A stretch of DNA of 64,000 nucleotides from Chitinophagales bacterium (GCA_020636545.1 JACJXS010000010.1:9611-73610), one strand, 5' to 3'; counted from the stretch's first letter, positions 20,467-31,480 are shown. The notes: generated by a model from the sequence alone, not told the origin. A program made the numbers and translations.

Positions 20467-21727
20467 TTTTTAAGGCTTCTTTTTCTGTTTTACCAAAAGA
20501 TGAAAACTCTTTCTCTACATAAAATGAATCTAAAGGCGTTGTAAGAATTTGAATATCTACATCATTTTCAATTTCAAAATCTTTACCTAAAAAACTCATC
20601 AAATCGCCAAAACTATTAATATTTATCTGATAGTCTTTCTTATTCATCGGTGAAATATCTAATTTCAAAGTATCACCCATTGCACTATAATTCAATGGAA
20701 CAGACTGCACTATCTTTTCTTTGTGTTTGAAAAAAGTGGCACCTTCTTTTGTTACAAATGAAAGGATAAAAAGTCCAGCAATAATTAATCCAATAATTGG
20801 CAATATGGTTTTTAAATTAAATACTTTATAATTTTTTGAAAACAAATGAATCAACAATAATATCAATCCAACTAATGCAGATACACCTACCAATAATCCT
20901 CCTAATATCAATAAAATAGGACTATTTGTATTGGCATCAAATAAAAATTGTTTTGCTATTGGTGTGCCTATAAAAACACTAACTATAAATGCGATTACCG
21001 TACCAATTAAAGACAAAATAATGCTACCGAAAATGATATATAATAATACTTTACTTAGTTTAATTAAAATATTAAAAAGTATGCTTACAAATTTCCCAAT
21101 AGCATTTACGATATTGTTCAAAGAACTATTTGAGCTAGTTAATTCCTCTATCTTCTCATTTTTTTTTTCGACGATATTAGATAAATTAATTGGCTCTCCT
21201 TTCATAGCTAATTTTTCTGCGGTTGTTTTAGCTTCTGGCATAATTATCCAAAGGATAATATAAACCAATAATGCAGTCCCAACGGTAATAAATGGCGAAA
21301 TAATAAATACAATTCTCAACCAAATTGGGTCATTAATACCGAAATAAGCTGTCAATCCACTACAAACACCAGCGACAACACTATTGTCTTTATCTCTGTA
21401 TAATCTTTTTTCAGTTGATGTACTTTTTTGAAAATTTGATGTTGTATTAGTTTTAGTTTCTGCTTGTTCACCATCTTCAAAGTCTTCTGGAGTTCCCATC
21501 ACAGCAATTACTTGATTAACATCTTCAATTGATACAATTCTATCTTTTCCTTTTTGGATAAACAGTTCTGCAAAGCGAGTTTCTATATCTTGCAATATTT
21601 CTTCTTTACCTACTTCATTTGCATAGATACGTTTTATATTATTGAGGTAATTATCCAAAACATGATAGGCATCTTCATTAATGACAAATGCTTGTCCTCC
21701 TAAATTTATATTGAATGTCTTTAACAT
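20426..21727 (-). CDS. PspC domain-containing membrane protein (possibly truncated by a frameshift)
   Basis: RLYRDKDNSVVAGVCSGLTAYFGINDPIWLRIVFI is a PspC domain, followed by multiple TM segments. It sits directly downstream of PadR. Confidence 0.75.
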   Translation of the reverse strand: MLKTFNINLGGQAFVINEDAYHVLDNYLNNIKRIYANEVGKEEILQDIETRFAELFIQKGKDRIVSIEDVNQVIAVMGTPEDFEDGEQAETKTNTTSNFQKSTSTEKRLYRDKDNSVVAGVCSGLTAYFGINDPIWLRIVFIISPFITVGTALLVYIILWIIMPEAKTTAEKLAMKGEPINLSNIVEKKNEKIEELTSSNSSLNNIVNAIGKFVSILFNILIKLSKVLLYIIFGSIILSLIGTVIAFIVSVFIGTPIAKQFLFDANTNSPILLILGGLLVGVSALVGLILLLIHLFSKNYKVFNLKTILPIIGLIIAGLFILSFVTKEGATFFKHKEKIVQSVPLNYSAMGDTLKLDISPMNKKDYQININSFGDLMSFLGKDFEIENDVDIQILTTPLDSFYVEKEFSSFGKTEKEALKNATSISASTDANE

Positions 21728-21756
21728 ATTGATTAATTTAATTTTTTGAATATTGG

Positions 21757-22107
21757 TTATTTTTTAGTTATTGTTCTTTCTACTGCATTAGCTAGTTCTA
21801 GCCAAGTAAATTGCAATTCATCTAATGCTCCACGTCCTTGCTCCGTTAATACATAATATTTTCTTGGCGGACCAGAATTGCTTTCTTTCCATTCATAAGC
21901 CAATAATCCTAAATTTTTCAATCTTGTAAGCAAAGGATAAACGGTTCCCTCCACCACCAACATATTTGCAGATTTAAGTTCATCTAAAATATCGGAGGCA
22001 TAAACCTCACCTCTTGAAATAATTCCAAGAATACAGAACTCCAAAATACCTTTCCGCATCTGTACTTTAGTATTCTCTATACTAAATTGATTTTCAACTG
22101 CTGCCAT
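21757..22107 (-). CDS. PadR family transcriptional regulator
   Basis: 116 aa; ILEFCILGIISRGEVYASDILDEL...GTVYPLLTRLKNLGLL...RKYYVLTEQG. Confidence 0.85.
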   Translation of the reverse strand: MAAVENQFSIENTKVQMRKGILEFCILGIISRGEVYASDILDELKSANMLVVEGTVYPLLTRLKNLGLLAYEWKESNSGPPRKYYVLTEQGRGALDELQFTWLELANAVERTITKK

Positions 22108-22167
22108 TTATTCTATTTTAATTTACAATAAAGTATTATTTTGATTGATTTCCAAATAAACCCTTTT

Positions 22168-22614
22168 TTAATCGTCTATCCTAAGAAAATCGCCATTTGT
22201 TGAAAATTTAAGTTCTATATCATTACTTAACTCAACAGAGATTCCATTATTTTCTAAATTATATTCAACTATTGTGTTGCCAGAATAATTTTTATTTACA
22301 TAATCACGAACTTTTTTAGGTATAATACTTTCTGGTAATTTAGATTGTCCACTAATATTTTTAATACTTTTTTCTTTTCCATCAAATTCTACCTTAATTC
22401 CATTGCTAAGAAAAACTTCATATTCTTTATACAAAATATCATTGTCCGTTTCCACTTTCAACACTTTATAATTAGGAAAATGAGTATTGATATAAGTTTT
22501 AACAGAGCTTGGAGTTTCTGAATAAGGGATAACTCTATCTCCAGCTGATACGATAAAATTTGCTGATAATAATACTGCAACCATTGTGCCTTTTAAAATA
22601 CTTGTAGTTTTCAT
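22168..22614 (-). CDS. PepSY-like domain periplasmic protein
   Basis: Signal peptide and two repeats of the YEV.L.NG..V.F type (YKEYEVFLSNGIKVEFDG; ISVELSNDIELKFSTNG). Confidence 0.6.
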   Translation of the reverse strand: MKTTSILKGTMVAVLLSANFIVSAGDRVIPYSETPSSVKTYINTHFPNYKVLKVETDNDILYKEYEVFLSNGIKVEFDGKEKSIKNISGQSKLPESIIPKKVRDYVNKNYSGNTIVEYNLENNGISVELSNDIELKFSTNGDFLRIDD

Positions 22615-22643
22615 TTTTTCTTTTTTTTAGTTTGATTAATAAT

Positions 22644-22919
22644 TTAGTTTAATTTTACTTTTACTGTAAACACTTGCATTACGCCACTTAGGTTGGTAAA
22701 TTCAAATGCTTCAATTGTGTCTATAAATTTCAATAACTTTCTAGGCGAAACATTATTCTCTATGTAAGTTACTGTCGGATTTCCTTTTTCATCTACAACA
22801 TATTGAACAGTGGTTTCTTTGTTTTTGTTTGCTTCATATTTGTTAAATGCAAACCAAGCAGAATAGGATAACAAACTTATCATCATAACTGCCATTCCGA
22901 ATGTGAGTACTTTTTTCAT
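22644..22919 (-). CDS. small membrane-anchored hypothetical protein
   Basis: 91-aa ORF with an N-terminal hydrophobic segment. It lies on the same strand upstream of the PepSY-like/PadR/PspC genes. Confidence 0.4.
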   Translation of the reverse strand: MKKVLTFGMAVMMISLLSYSAWFAFNKYEANKNKETTVQYVVDEKGNPTVTYIENNVSPRKLLKFIDTIEAFEFTNLSGVMQVFTVKVKLN

Positions 22920-23136
22920 TTTTTTTATTTTTTTAAATTATTTATAATATCAAGAACTTTACAATGCAAATATAATGCTTTTACAATGAACATTGCAATA
23001 CATAGTACTATATATCTATGTTAAAAAATGTTAATTATCAATATTTGTAGGGCTTTTAGCTACAAATTAATTTATTAATTTTTGAAATAAGAGATAAAAT
23101 AAAACTAATTATTACCTTTAGCGTATAAATTAATTT

Positions 23137-23967
23137 ATGAAAAAGACATCAATTCTTATTTATTTTACGATTAGTATAATTATTTTTTCAGCTTGCAAAA
23201 CAAGCAAAATTACAACAACTCAGAATACACTTAGTGAACAAAGAAAGCTGAATGATATAGCATTAAATGGGAAAGTATATGCCTCAATATGGCAACAAAA
23301 TGCTGGAGAATTTCGTGCTTTATGCTATCAGGCATTTAATATTGCTAAAAATAATATAGACCAAAAAATCAGCTCTAATCCAACAAGACCATTGGCTATT
23401 ATTACTGATATTGATGAGACTTTTTTAGATAATTCTCCTTATGCTGTAACTCAAGCATTACAAGGCAAAGAATTCAGTTATTCAACTTGGCTAGAATGGA
23501 CTTCTTTAGGAAAAGCTATAGCTTATCCAGGTTCTTTAGACTTCTTTAATTATGCAGCATCAAAAAATGTAACTGTATTTTATATTACAAATCGTAATCA
23601 AAATGACAAACCCGGAACACTCAAAAACTTACAAGATTTACATTTTCCTTTTGCAGATAATGAACATCTAATTGTAATGGATAAGACTTCTAATAAAGAA
23701 CAACGAAGACAAGCTATTCAAAAAAACTATGATGTTTTTATGTATCTTGGTGATAATTTAGGCGATTTCTCAGATGTATTTTATAAGAAAACACAAACTG
23801 AACGCAATAAAAATACCGATGATTTAGCAGATGAATTTGGTAATAAATTTATAGTGCTTCCAAATTCAGGATATGGCGACTGGGAAACAGCCTTACCTGG
23901 ATTCAATTACGATTTAACACCAGCACAAAAAGACTCTGTCTTCCTAAAGAATTTAATAGGTTATTAG
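23137..23967 (+). CDS. class C acid phosphatase / 5'-nucleotidase, lipoprotein e(P4) family
   Basis: Lipobox IFSAC, and the DDDD motifs IITDIDETFLDNSPY and YLGDNLGDF. Confidence 0.85.
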   Translation: MKKTSILIYFTISIIIFSACKTSKITTTQNTLSEQRKLNDIALNGKVYASIWQQNAGEFRALCYQAFNIAKNNIDQKISSNPTRPLAIITDIDETFLDNSPYAVTQALQGKEFSYSTWLEWTSLGKAIAYPGSLDFFNYAASKNVTVFYITNRNQNDKPGTLKNLQDLHFPFADNEHLIVMDKTSNKEQRRQAIQKNYDVFMYLGDNLGDFSDVFYKKTQTERNKNTDDLADEFGNKFIVLPNSGYGDWETALPGFNYDLTPAQKDSVFLKNLIGY

Positions 23968-24011
23968 TAAAATCATTAACATTTTAATTTTCATAAAGCA
24001 TTAAATTTATT

Positions 24012-24019
24012 TACTTTTG
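24012..24019 (+). promoter_or_regulatory. candidate -7 promoter element (TACTTTTG) for mntH
   Basis: Matches TAnnTTTG, ending 12 nt upstream of the GTG start at 24032. Confidence 0.3.
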
Positions 24020-24031
24020 TAAAAAAAATCT

Positions 24032-25345
24032 GTGTCTAAGTGGAAATTTGAACGAACTAACAATAGCTTACCTGAAGTTTATTCAAGTATTTCTGTAACG
24101 CAAGGAAAAAATAAATGGAAAAAATTCTTAGCGTTTTTAGGACCTGGCTTAATGGTGGCAGTTGGCTATATGGACCCAGGAAATTGGGCTACAGATATTG
24201 AAGGTGGTGCAAGATTTGGATATACCTTATTAAGTGTCATATTAATCTCCAATATTTTTGCCATTTTTTTACAATACCTATCTTTAAAATTAGGAATTGT
24301 AACAAATAGAGATTTAGCACAAGCTTGTAAAGATCATTATAGCAAACCAACGGCATTTATACTTTGGATTTTGGCTGAAATTGCTATTGCAGCAACAGAC
24401 TTAGCTGAAGTAATAGGTTCTGCAATTGCAATACATCTTTTATTTGGAATTCCAATAACGATTGGAATTATTATTACAGTTATAGATGTTTTTATTCTTT
24501 TATTATTACAAAACCGTGGTTTCAGGTATATTGAGGCTTTTGTTGGTGGATTAATTTTTATCATTTCCTTCTGTTTTGTGTATAATTTATTACTAGCTCA
24601 ACCAGAAATTGGTGCTGTTTTGAATGGCTTAATTCCAAAGGTTGATATCATACAAAATGCAGATATGTTGTATATTGGAATAGGCATTTTGGGTGCTACG
24701 GTAATGCCTCATAATCTATATTTACATTCTAGTATTGTTCAAACAAGAGCTTATGGCAAAGATAATATATCCAAAAAAGAAGCCATTAAATATGCTACTT
24801 TAGATTCAACTATTTCATTACTATTAGCATTTTTTATCAACGCCGCTATACTCATTTTAGCAGCCGCTACTTTCCATAAAAATGAATTATATGAAGTAAC
24901 ACAAATAGAAGATGCCTATAAAATGTTAGAACCACTTTTAGGAGCATCATTAGCACCGACATTTTTTGCTATTGCACTTTTAGCCGCAGGACAAAACTCA
25001 ACCCTGACAGGTACATTATCAGGGCAAATTGTAATGGAAGGATTTATAAATTTAAAAATAAAACCTTGGGCTAGAAGATTAATTACTAGACTTATTGCCA
25101 TAATTCCAGCATTAATTGTTTCAATATGGATGGGAGAAAGAGGCACTGACAGATTATTGATATTTAGCCAAGTAATCTTATCACTTCAACTTAGTTTTGC
25201 AGTAATTCCTTTAGTTTTATTTACTAGTGATAAAGATAAAATGGGAGAATTTGCCAATTCTAAAATATTAACAACATTCGTGTGGTCAATTGCACTAATT
25301 ATTATTTCCTTTAACTTATATATGCTTTCTGGATTTATAAGATAG
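24032..25345 (+). CDS. mntH: Nramp-family divalent metal (Mn2+/Fe2+) transporter
   Basis: GPGLMVAVGYMDPGNWATDIEGG and GATVMPHNLYLHS blocks with about 11 TM segments. GTG start. Confidence 0.9.
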   Translation: MSKWKFERTNNSLPEVYSSISVTQGKNKWKKFLAFLGPGLMVAVGYMDPGNWATDIEGGARFGYTLLSVILISNIFAIFLQYLSLKLGIVTNRDLAQACKDHYSKPTAFILWILAEIAIAATDLAEVIGSAIAIHLLFGIPITIGIIITVIDVFILLLLQNRGFRYIEAFVGGLIFIISFCFVYNLLLAQPEIGAVLNGLIPKVDIIQNADMLYIGIGILGATVMPHNLYLHSSIVQTRAYGKDNISKKEAIKYATLDSTISLLLAFFINAAILILAAATFHKNELYEVTQIEDAYKMLEPLLGASLAPTFFAIALLAAGQNSTLTGTLSGQIVMEGFINLKIKPWARRLITRLIAIIPALIVSIWMGERGTDRLLIFSQVILSLQLSFAVIPLVLFTSDKDKMGEFANSKILTTFVWSIALIIISFNLYMLSGFIR

Positions 25346-25351
25346 CAAATA

Positions 25352-26491
25352 TTATAGCAAACCTTTAGTTGTTGGCAATTCGTTACCATCTTTCTTAATT
25401 GCCATTTTTATAGACTTTGCAACTGCTTTAAAAATAGCTTCAATTTTATGGTGTTCATTATCGCCTTCCGCTTTGATATTCAAATTACATTTAGCAGCAT
25501 CACTAAAACTCTTCCAGAAATGATAAAACATTTCAGTTGGCATATCTCCTACTTTTTCTCTGGAAAATTTAGCCTTCCAAACCAACCAACTTCTTCCTGA
25601 AAAATCAATAGCAACTTGTGCTAAAACATCATCCATGGGCAATAAAAAACCATATCTATTAATACCACGTTTATCGCCAATTGCTTGATAAAATGCTTCG
25701 CCTAATGCAATAGCAGTATCTTCAATCGTATGGTGTTCATCAATATGCAAATCACCTTTCACTTTAATTTCTAAATCACAACCAGAATGACGAGATAATT
25801 GTTCCAACATGTGGTCAAAAAAACCTAATCCTGTATGAATTTTTGATTTCCCATTCCCATCTAAATTCAAATTTATTTGAATTTGTGTTTCATTCGTATT
25901 TCTTTGAATTGAAGCTGTTCTGTTAGGTTTACAGATAAAATCTGCAATTTTATTCCACTCATTTGTTTTTAAAGCGATAAATGGTTTTAGTGCTTTCTGA
26001 TTTAATTTATCATCATCTGTCGTATCTGCACTTCTTCCAATTAATATACCTTTTGCACCAATATTTTTAGCTAATTGAATATCAGTTAATCTATCACCAA
26101 TAACTAAAGAATTTTCTAAATCGTACTTTGAAGTATCTAAATATTTTGTCAATAAACCTGTATTTGGTTTTCTTGTTGGAGCATTATCTTTTGCAAAAGT
26201 TTTATCAATATAAATATCTTCAAATTGTACACCTTCAGTTTCTAAAATAGACAGCATCAAATTATGTGGTCCCCAAAAAGATTTTTCAGGAAAGGATTTT
26301 GTACCTAAACCATCTTGGTTTGTAACCATTACTAATTTAAAATTACTTTCATTGACTATCCTTTTTAGTGCCGAAATAACATTGGGTAAAAATGCTAATT
26401 TTTCAAATTTATCTGTTTGGAAATTATCTTTGGGCTCTACAATAATTGTTCCATCTCTATCTATAAATAAAACTTTTTGTTTCATAATCAA
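25352..26491 (-). CDS. hisB: bifunctional histidinol-phosphatase / imidazoleglycerol-phosphate dehydratase
   Basis: N-terminal HAD motif FIDRDGTII, and the IGPD motifs [14 protein letters not shown] and [14 protein letters not shown]. Confidence 0.9.
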   Translation of the reverse strand: MIMKQKVLFIDRDGTIIVEPKDNFQTDKFEKLAFLPNVISALKRIVNESNFKLVMVTNQDGLGTKSFPEKSFWGPHNLMLSILETEGVQFEDIYIDKTFAKDNAPTRKPNTGLLTKYLDTSKYDLENSLVIGDRLTDIQLAKNIGAKGILIGRSADTTDDDKLNQKALKPFIALKTNEWNKIADFICKPNRTASIQRNTNETQIQINLNLDGNGKSKIHTGLGFFDHMLEQLSRHSGCDLEIKVKGDLHIDEHHTIEDTAIALGEAFYQAIGDKRGINRYGFLLPMDDVLAQVAIDFSGRSWLVWKAKFSREKVGDMPTEMFYHFWKSFSDAAKCNLNIKAEGDNEHHKIEAIFKAVAKSIKMAIKKDGNELPTTKGLL

Positions 26492-26519
26492 TTTTAATAG
26501 TAAACTACAAAGATAGCCA

Positions 26520-29294
26520 TTATTTCAGTTTATCTTTCAAATACTTGGCGGTAATACTTTCCTTGACATTCAAAATATTTTCAGGGACACCTTGAAACAA
26601 AATTGTACCGCCTTCGTCACCACCTTTGGGTCCTAAATCAATCAACCAATCTGCACATTTTATTACATCTAAATTATGTTCGATAACTATAATAGAATGA
26701 CCAATTTCAATTAATGCATTAAAAGTATCTAATAATTTATTAATGTCATGAAAGTGCAATCCAGTTGTCGGTTCATCAAAAATAAACAAGACCTTTTCCT
26801 TTGAATTTCCTTTGCCTAAAAATGAAGCCAATTTCACACGTTGTGCTTCCCCACCTGAAAGTGTTGAGGAACTTTGCCCTAAACGAATATAACCCAATCC
26901 AACATCTTGCAATGGTTGCAGTTTAGATGCTATATCTTTTTCTTTTTCAAAAAAAATAATGGCTTCATCAACTGTAAGTTCTAATATTTCTGCAATATTT
27001 TTTCCCTGATACTGTACTTCTAAAATTTCATTCTTAAATCTTTTGCCATTACAACTTTCACATTTTAAATGAACATCTGCCAAGAATTGCATTTCAACCA
27101 CTTTTTCTCCTTCACCTTTACATTCATCACAACGTCCACCATCAATATTAAATGAGAAATGTCTTATTTGATAACCTCTAATTTTTGATAAAGATTGTTT
27201 AGAAAATAAATCTCTAATTGCATCATAAGCCTTTATATAGGTAATTGGATTAGACCGAGAACTTCTACCAATAGGATTTTGGTCAATAAACTCAATATGT
27301 GTAAGTGTTTTATAATGACCACTTATATTTTTATAAAAACCTGCTTTAGTTGGGATTTTTTCTACTTCTGTTTTAAGAATAGGATACACAATATCTTTAA
27401 TTAATGTAGTTTTTCCAGAGCCGCTAACACCAGTAACTACTGTCAAACTATTCAAAGGAATTTCAACAGTTTCATTTTTGATATTATGATAAAAGATACC
27501 TTCAATTTTAAAAAAATAGTTGGGTTTACGTCTTTGTTTTGGTAACTCGATTTCTATAATATGATTTAGATATTTTGCTGTCCAACTTTTGTCGTTATTC
27601 AGAATTTCATTATAAGTTCCAACAAAAACTATTTCTCCGCCCAAATAACCAGCATTTGGTCCAACATCAACAATAAAATCAGCTTGCCTCATCATTTCTT
27701 CTTCGTGTTCCACAACAATCACCGTATTGCCTAAGTTTTTTAGATGCTTTAAAATAGCAATCAATTTTCCAGTATCATCTGGATGCAAACCAACACTTGG
27801 TTCATCTAAAATATATAAAGAATCTGTTAGGTTACTTCCCAAATTTCTAGTTAGATTAATCCGCTGTGCTTCCCCTCCCGATAAAGTATTGCTAAATCTA
27901 TTCAGTGTCAAATATTCTAACCCAACATCGCTCATAAATTGTAAACGATTACGCAATTCTAGCAAAATTCTTTTTGCAATATGCTGTTCTTTCTCTGTAA
28001 GTACTATATTATCAAAAAAACTTTTTAAATCTTTAATAGACATTTGCAATACATCTCCAATACTTTTTTGATTAATTTTGACATATTCCGTATCTGCTCG
28101 AAGTCTTGAACCTTTACATTCTGGACAATCTGTTTTTCCTCTATATTTTGATAATAAAACTCGATATTGAATTTTATAGGTTTGTGATTCAACATCTTTA
28201 AAAAAATCATTAATGCCTAAAAATCCTGGACCACCTTTCCATAAAAAATTTAACTGTTCTTTCGACAAATCCATTATCGGTCTATGGATAGGAAAATCAA
28301 CGATTGCAGCTCCTTTTATAAATTGTTTTTTCCAATATTCTCCATTTGTAGTACGCCATGGAACAACTGCACCTTCATAAAACGAAATTGTTTTATCTGG
28401 AATTACAATATCACTATCAATTCCTAAAACTGTACCAAAACCTTCGCATGTTTTACAAGCTCCATAAGGCGAATTAAAATTAAATAAGGCAACCGACGGC
28501 ACTTCAAACTCCATTCCGTCAAGCTCAAAAGCTGTTGAAAAGCTTACTTTTTCTTTTTGTGGAATATCAATAACACAAGTCCCATTACTAATGCTCATTG
28601 CCAATTGAATAGAGTCCGCTAAACGATGCAAGTTTTCTTCAGTTTTTTCTGCAACTGCTCTGTCAATTAAAGCAAAAACTGAGTTTGCGTTTGGTAATTT
28701 TGAAATATCTAATTCATCAATAATGACTGCATTTTCATCTACTAATAATCTTTGAATATTTTCAGCTATTAAAGATTGAATACCTTTTGTAGTAGTATCA
28801 TGTATTGGTGCTAGAATTTGTATCTTTTGTGTATCATCTAAGGTTTTTATAAAATCCAAAACATCAGCAACTTCATTCTTTACGACTTCGTTTCCAGAAA
28901 TTGGCGAATAAGTTCTTCCAATCTTAGCATACAATAATCTGAGGTAGTCATAAATTTCTGTCAATGTGCCAACTGTACTACGTGTTGTTCCTGTTGTTGT
29001 CTTCTGCTCAATAGCAATGGCTGGTGATAGTCCTTTTATATAATCCACATCAGGCTTATCCATTCTGCTTAAAAACTGTCTTGCATAAGATGATAGTGAT
29101 TCTACATAACGCCTTTGTCCTTCAGCAAAAATTGTATCAATCGTCAATGATGATTTTCCACTTCCACTCACACCTGTAATAACCACCAAATTATTTCTTG
29201 GTATCGTTACATCAATATTTTTAAGATTGTGCATTCTTGCACCTTTCACAATAATATGTTGAGCTTCTAAATATTTCGTTAAAACTTTAGGCAT
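26520..29294 (-). CDS. uvrA: excinuclease ABC subunit A
   Basis: 924 aa with two ABC modules ([10 protein letters not shown] twice, LSGGEAQR twice) and the Zn-finger Cys pairs CxxC...CxxC. Confidence 0.95.
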   Translation of the reverse strand: MPKVLTKYLEAQHIIVKGARMHNLKNIDVTIPRNNLVVITGVSGSGKSSLTIDTIFAEGQRRYVESLSSYARQFLSRMDKPDVDYIKGLSPAIAIEQKTTTGTTRSTVGTLTEIYDYLRLLYAKIGRTYSPISGNEVVKNEVADVLDFIKTLDDTQKIQILAPIHDTTTKGIQSLIAENIQRLLVDENAVIIDELDISKLPNANSVFALIDRAVAEKTEENLHRLADSIQLAMSISNGTCVIDIPQKEKVSFSTAFELDGMEFEVPSVALFNFNSPYGACKTCEGFGTVLGIDSDIVIPDKTISFYEGAVVPWRTTNGEYWKKQFIKGAAIVDFPIHRPIMDLSKEQLNFLWKGGPGFLGINDFFKDVESQTYKIQYRVLLSKYRGKTDCPECKGSRLRADTEYVKINQKSIGDVLQMSIKDLKSFFDNIVLTEKEQHIAKRILLELRNRLQFMSDVGLEYLTLNRFSNTLSGGEAQRINLTRNLGSNLTDSLYILDEPSVGLHPDDTGKLIAILKHLKNLGNTVIVVEHEEEMMRQADFIVDVGPNAGYLGGEIVFVGTYNEILNNDKSWTAKYLNHIIEIELPKQRRKPNYFFKIEGIFYHNIKNETVEIPLNSLTVVTGVSGSGKTTLIKDIVYPILKTEVEKIPTKAGFYKNISGHYKTLTHIEFIDQNPIGRSSRSNPITYIKAYDAIRDLFSKQSLSKIRGYQIRHFSFNIDGGRCDECKGEGEKVVEMQFLADVHLKCESCNGKRFKNEILEVQYQGKNIAEILELTVDEAIIFFEKEKDIASKLQPLQDVGLGYIRLGQSSSTLSGGEAQRVKLASFLGKGNSKEKVLFIFDEPTTGLHFHDINKLLDTFNALIEIGHSIIVIEHNLDVIKCADWLIDLGPKGGDEGGTILFQGVPENILNVKESITAKYLKDKLK

Positions 29295-29447
29295 TACAGC
29301 GAATTTAAGACTTTATTAGGTTAATCAATGTTAAGGAATGTACAAGATTAAAATCATTTACATAAAATTGTATTAATAATTAATTTGCACAAATGATAGA
29401 CTTCTACATAATTCATTTTATTAACGCATCAACAAAAATAAAAGTTT

Positions 29448-30026
29448 ATGAGAGAAGAATTTTTAAGCGATGAAGTACTCATACATCAATATACTTTAGG
29501 CAATAAAAAAAGCTTAGGTACTTTATTTTACAGACATCAAAAAAAAGTAGTTACTTATTTATACTTTAAAGTAAATGACCGACAAATTGCTGAAGATATT
29601 TTTATTGAATCATTTTTTAAAATCATTAAAACGATAGATAATAAAAGATATAAGGAAAATGGTAAGTTTTATAATTTATTAATTAGTGTTGCAAAAAATT
29701 CTAGCATTGACTATTTTAGAAAAATAAAAAACCAACCTAGAATGGTTGATATTAATACGTTTTCGCCTATCAAAAACTTAAAAGATGGCTACGAAGATAA
29801 AGCATTTATTGAACAGCAAGAAAAAGTATTAGTACAAATAAAAGAAATAATTCAAGAATTACCTGCTGATGAACGTGAAATTGTTGTACTCAAACATTAT
29901 GCAGATTTGACTTTTAGAGAAATTTCAGATTTGACAGGTATTAATCTCAACACCGCATTAAGCAAAATGCGAATCGCTTTACAACGTATCCGAAAAATGG
30001 CTGAACAAAGAGAAATTAAACTTTAA
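29448..30026 (+). CDS. ECF-type sigma-70 family RNA polymerase sigma factor
   Basis: 192 aa. Region 2-like IAEDIFIESFFKI and region 4 HTH VLKHYADLTFREISDLTGINLNTALSKM. Confidence 0.8.
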   Translation: MREEFLSDEVLIHQYTLGNKKSLGTLFYRHQKKVVTYLYFKVNDRQIAEDIFIESFFKIIKTIDNKRYKENGKFYNLLISVAKNSSIDYFRKIKNQPRMVDINTFSPIKNLKDGYEDKAFIEQQEKVLVQIKEIIQELPADEREIVVLKHYADLTFREISDLTGINLNTALSKMRIALQRIRKMAEQREIKL

Positions 30027-30355
30027 ATTTCTTCTAATAAACTATCAGGATACCATCTTTTATTATCAAAATCTTGAATACTATCCTTTTCAATAATAAA
30101 TCCTTCGTTTTCTAGTAATTGTTGCATCAAAGTAGGTGTTTCAAAATGAAATTTACCGGTAAGCATGCCATTTCTATTGACCACTCGATGTGCAGGAATA
30201 TTTGAATCATAATGATGGGCATAATTCATAGCATAACCCACTAATCTTGACGAAGATTTAGCACCAAGAAAAGCAGCTATATCACCATAAGTACAAACTT
30301 TTCCATAAGGAATTTGTTGCACTACTTCATAAACTCTTAGATAAAAATCATTCAT
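30023..30355 (-). CDS. alkyltransferase-like (ATL) MGMT-family protein lacking the acceptor cysteine
   Basis: 110 aa comprising the MGMT DNA-binding domain only. The active-site PCHRV is replaced by IPAHRVVN (Cys->Ala). Confidence 0.8.
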   Translation of the reverse strand: MNDFYLRVYEVVQQIPYGKVCTYGDIAAFLGAKSSSRLVGYAMNYAHHYDSNIPAHRVVNRNGMLTGKFHFETPTLMQQLLENEGFIIEKDSIQDFDNKRWYPDSLLEEI

Positions 30356-30375
30356 TAAAAAAGGATATAAAACAA

Positions 30376-30405
30376 AAATAGTTCCTATAAAAATAGGAAC
30401 TATTT
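30376..30405 (-). terminator. hairpin terminator downstream of the metal-dependent hydrolase gene
   Basis: Perfect 13-bp stem AAATAGTTCCTAT / ATAGGAACTATTT with a 4-nt loop. The minus-strand downstream sequence is T-rich. Confidence 0.6.
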
Positions 30406-30425
30406 AATACATTTAAAATAAAAAA

Positions 30426-31289
30426 TTATGCGTAAGCTTTGTCCTTAAAGAAATTTTCTAAGAAATGTCTATCATTAATATCATTCGGATGAAAATCTTT
30501 CTTAAAATATAACAAAAGATGTTTTGATAAATTCCTACCAATTTCTCCAAAAACAATCGTTTTCATTAAAACAGCCAATTCAATCGGCATTCTGATTATA
30601 CTTTTATCTTTATCTTGATAAATAAAATACATTTGTCCTGCAAATAAATAACCCCAAAGCAACAAAGAAGCATGTGCCATACCTGAAATTCTAAGAATAT
30701 AACTATCATCAACTTCCTTCAGCACATCAAAACAAACTGCTTTGTGTTCAATTTCTTCAGCGGCATGCCAGTGCAATAACTCCAACATTTGTGGTGCAAT
30801 GTTTTTATTTGTAGCCATAGGCTCCAAAAATAAGGCATTGGCTAAAATTGCTGTATAATGTTCTAATGCTGTCGTAACAGAAAGTGCCATCTTATCGCCC
30901 AATTGAGGTTGCAATTTATTCAGTGAATTTCTTAATACATTTTCATAACTATACTTCCCCGAAAAAGCTGTAAGCTTTAAAAAATCTGCCATTAAGTTTG
31001 GTTTTAGCCCTTGCTCTTCCATAACTTCCCAAAATCGTTGATGCTCACGAGAGTGTACACCTTCTTGTCCGCAGAAACTATTGATTTCTGTTCTTAATTC
31101 ATCACTTTTTACTTGTTTAGAAAATCGTCGAACACTGCGAATAAAAAACTTTTCGCCCTCAGGAAATACAATATGCATACTATTGATAAAATGCGTGGCT
31201 ACTGCACTCCCTAATATCCAATGTTTCTCAACTTTATCAAAATTAAAATGTACGTTTCTAACTTTTAATTTGTGTGCTATTACAGTCAT
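30426..31289 (-). CDS. predicted metal-dependent hydrolase family protein
   Basis: 287 aa; HWHAAEEIEHKAV and EGVHSREHQ His/Glu clusters typical of the 'metal-dependent hydrolase' family. Confidence 0.55.
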   Translation of the reverse strand: MTVIAHKLKVRNVHFNFDKVEKHWILGSAVATHFINSMHIVFPEGEKFFIRSVRRFSKQVKSDELRTEINSFCGQEGVHSREHQRFWEVMEEQGLKPNLMADFLKLTAFSGKYSYENVLRNSLNKLQPQLGDKMALSVTTALEHYTAILANALFLEPMATNKNIAPQMLELLHWHAAEEIEHKAVCFDVLKEVDDSYILRISGMAHASLLLWGYLFAGQMYFIYQDKDKSIIRMPIELAVLMKTIVFGEIGRNLSKHLLLYFKKDFHPNDINDRHFLENFFKDKAYA

Positions 31290-31472
31290 AACTTTAAATT
31301 TATTATCATAAAATTAGACCTTAAAACAACTGCAACCTATTATCTTTGGATAAATATACTTTAAAAGAATTAGAACTTATCTTTTGTTTAAACATCTACA
31401 TTTATACAAAAAAAAACAAAACTTTATTTGCTATATATTGTTAATGGAGTGAAGAGATAAAATACTTTTTAT

Positions 31473-31480
31473 TATATTTG
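31473..31480 (+). promoter_or_regulatory. candidate -7 promoter element (TATATTTG) for icd
   Basis: Matches TAnnTTTG, ending 41 nt upstream of the ATG at 31522. Confidence 0.3.

Noticed and set aside
22984-22995. A short palindrome CAATGAACATTG and repeated TACAATG motifs lie in the 217-bp gap upstream of the e(P4) phosphatase gene, plus an 8-bp-stem hairpin nearby.
   Set aside because: The elements are short and AT-rich, so they are expected by chance at this composition. No adjacent regulator links to them.
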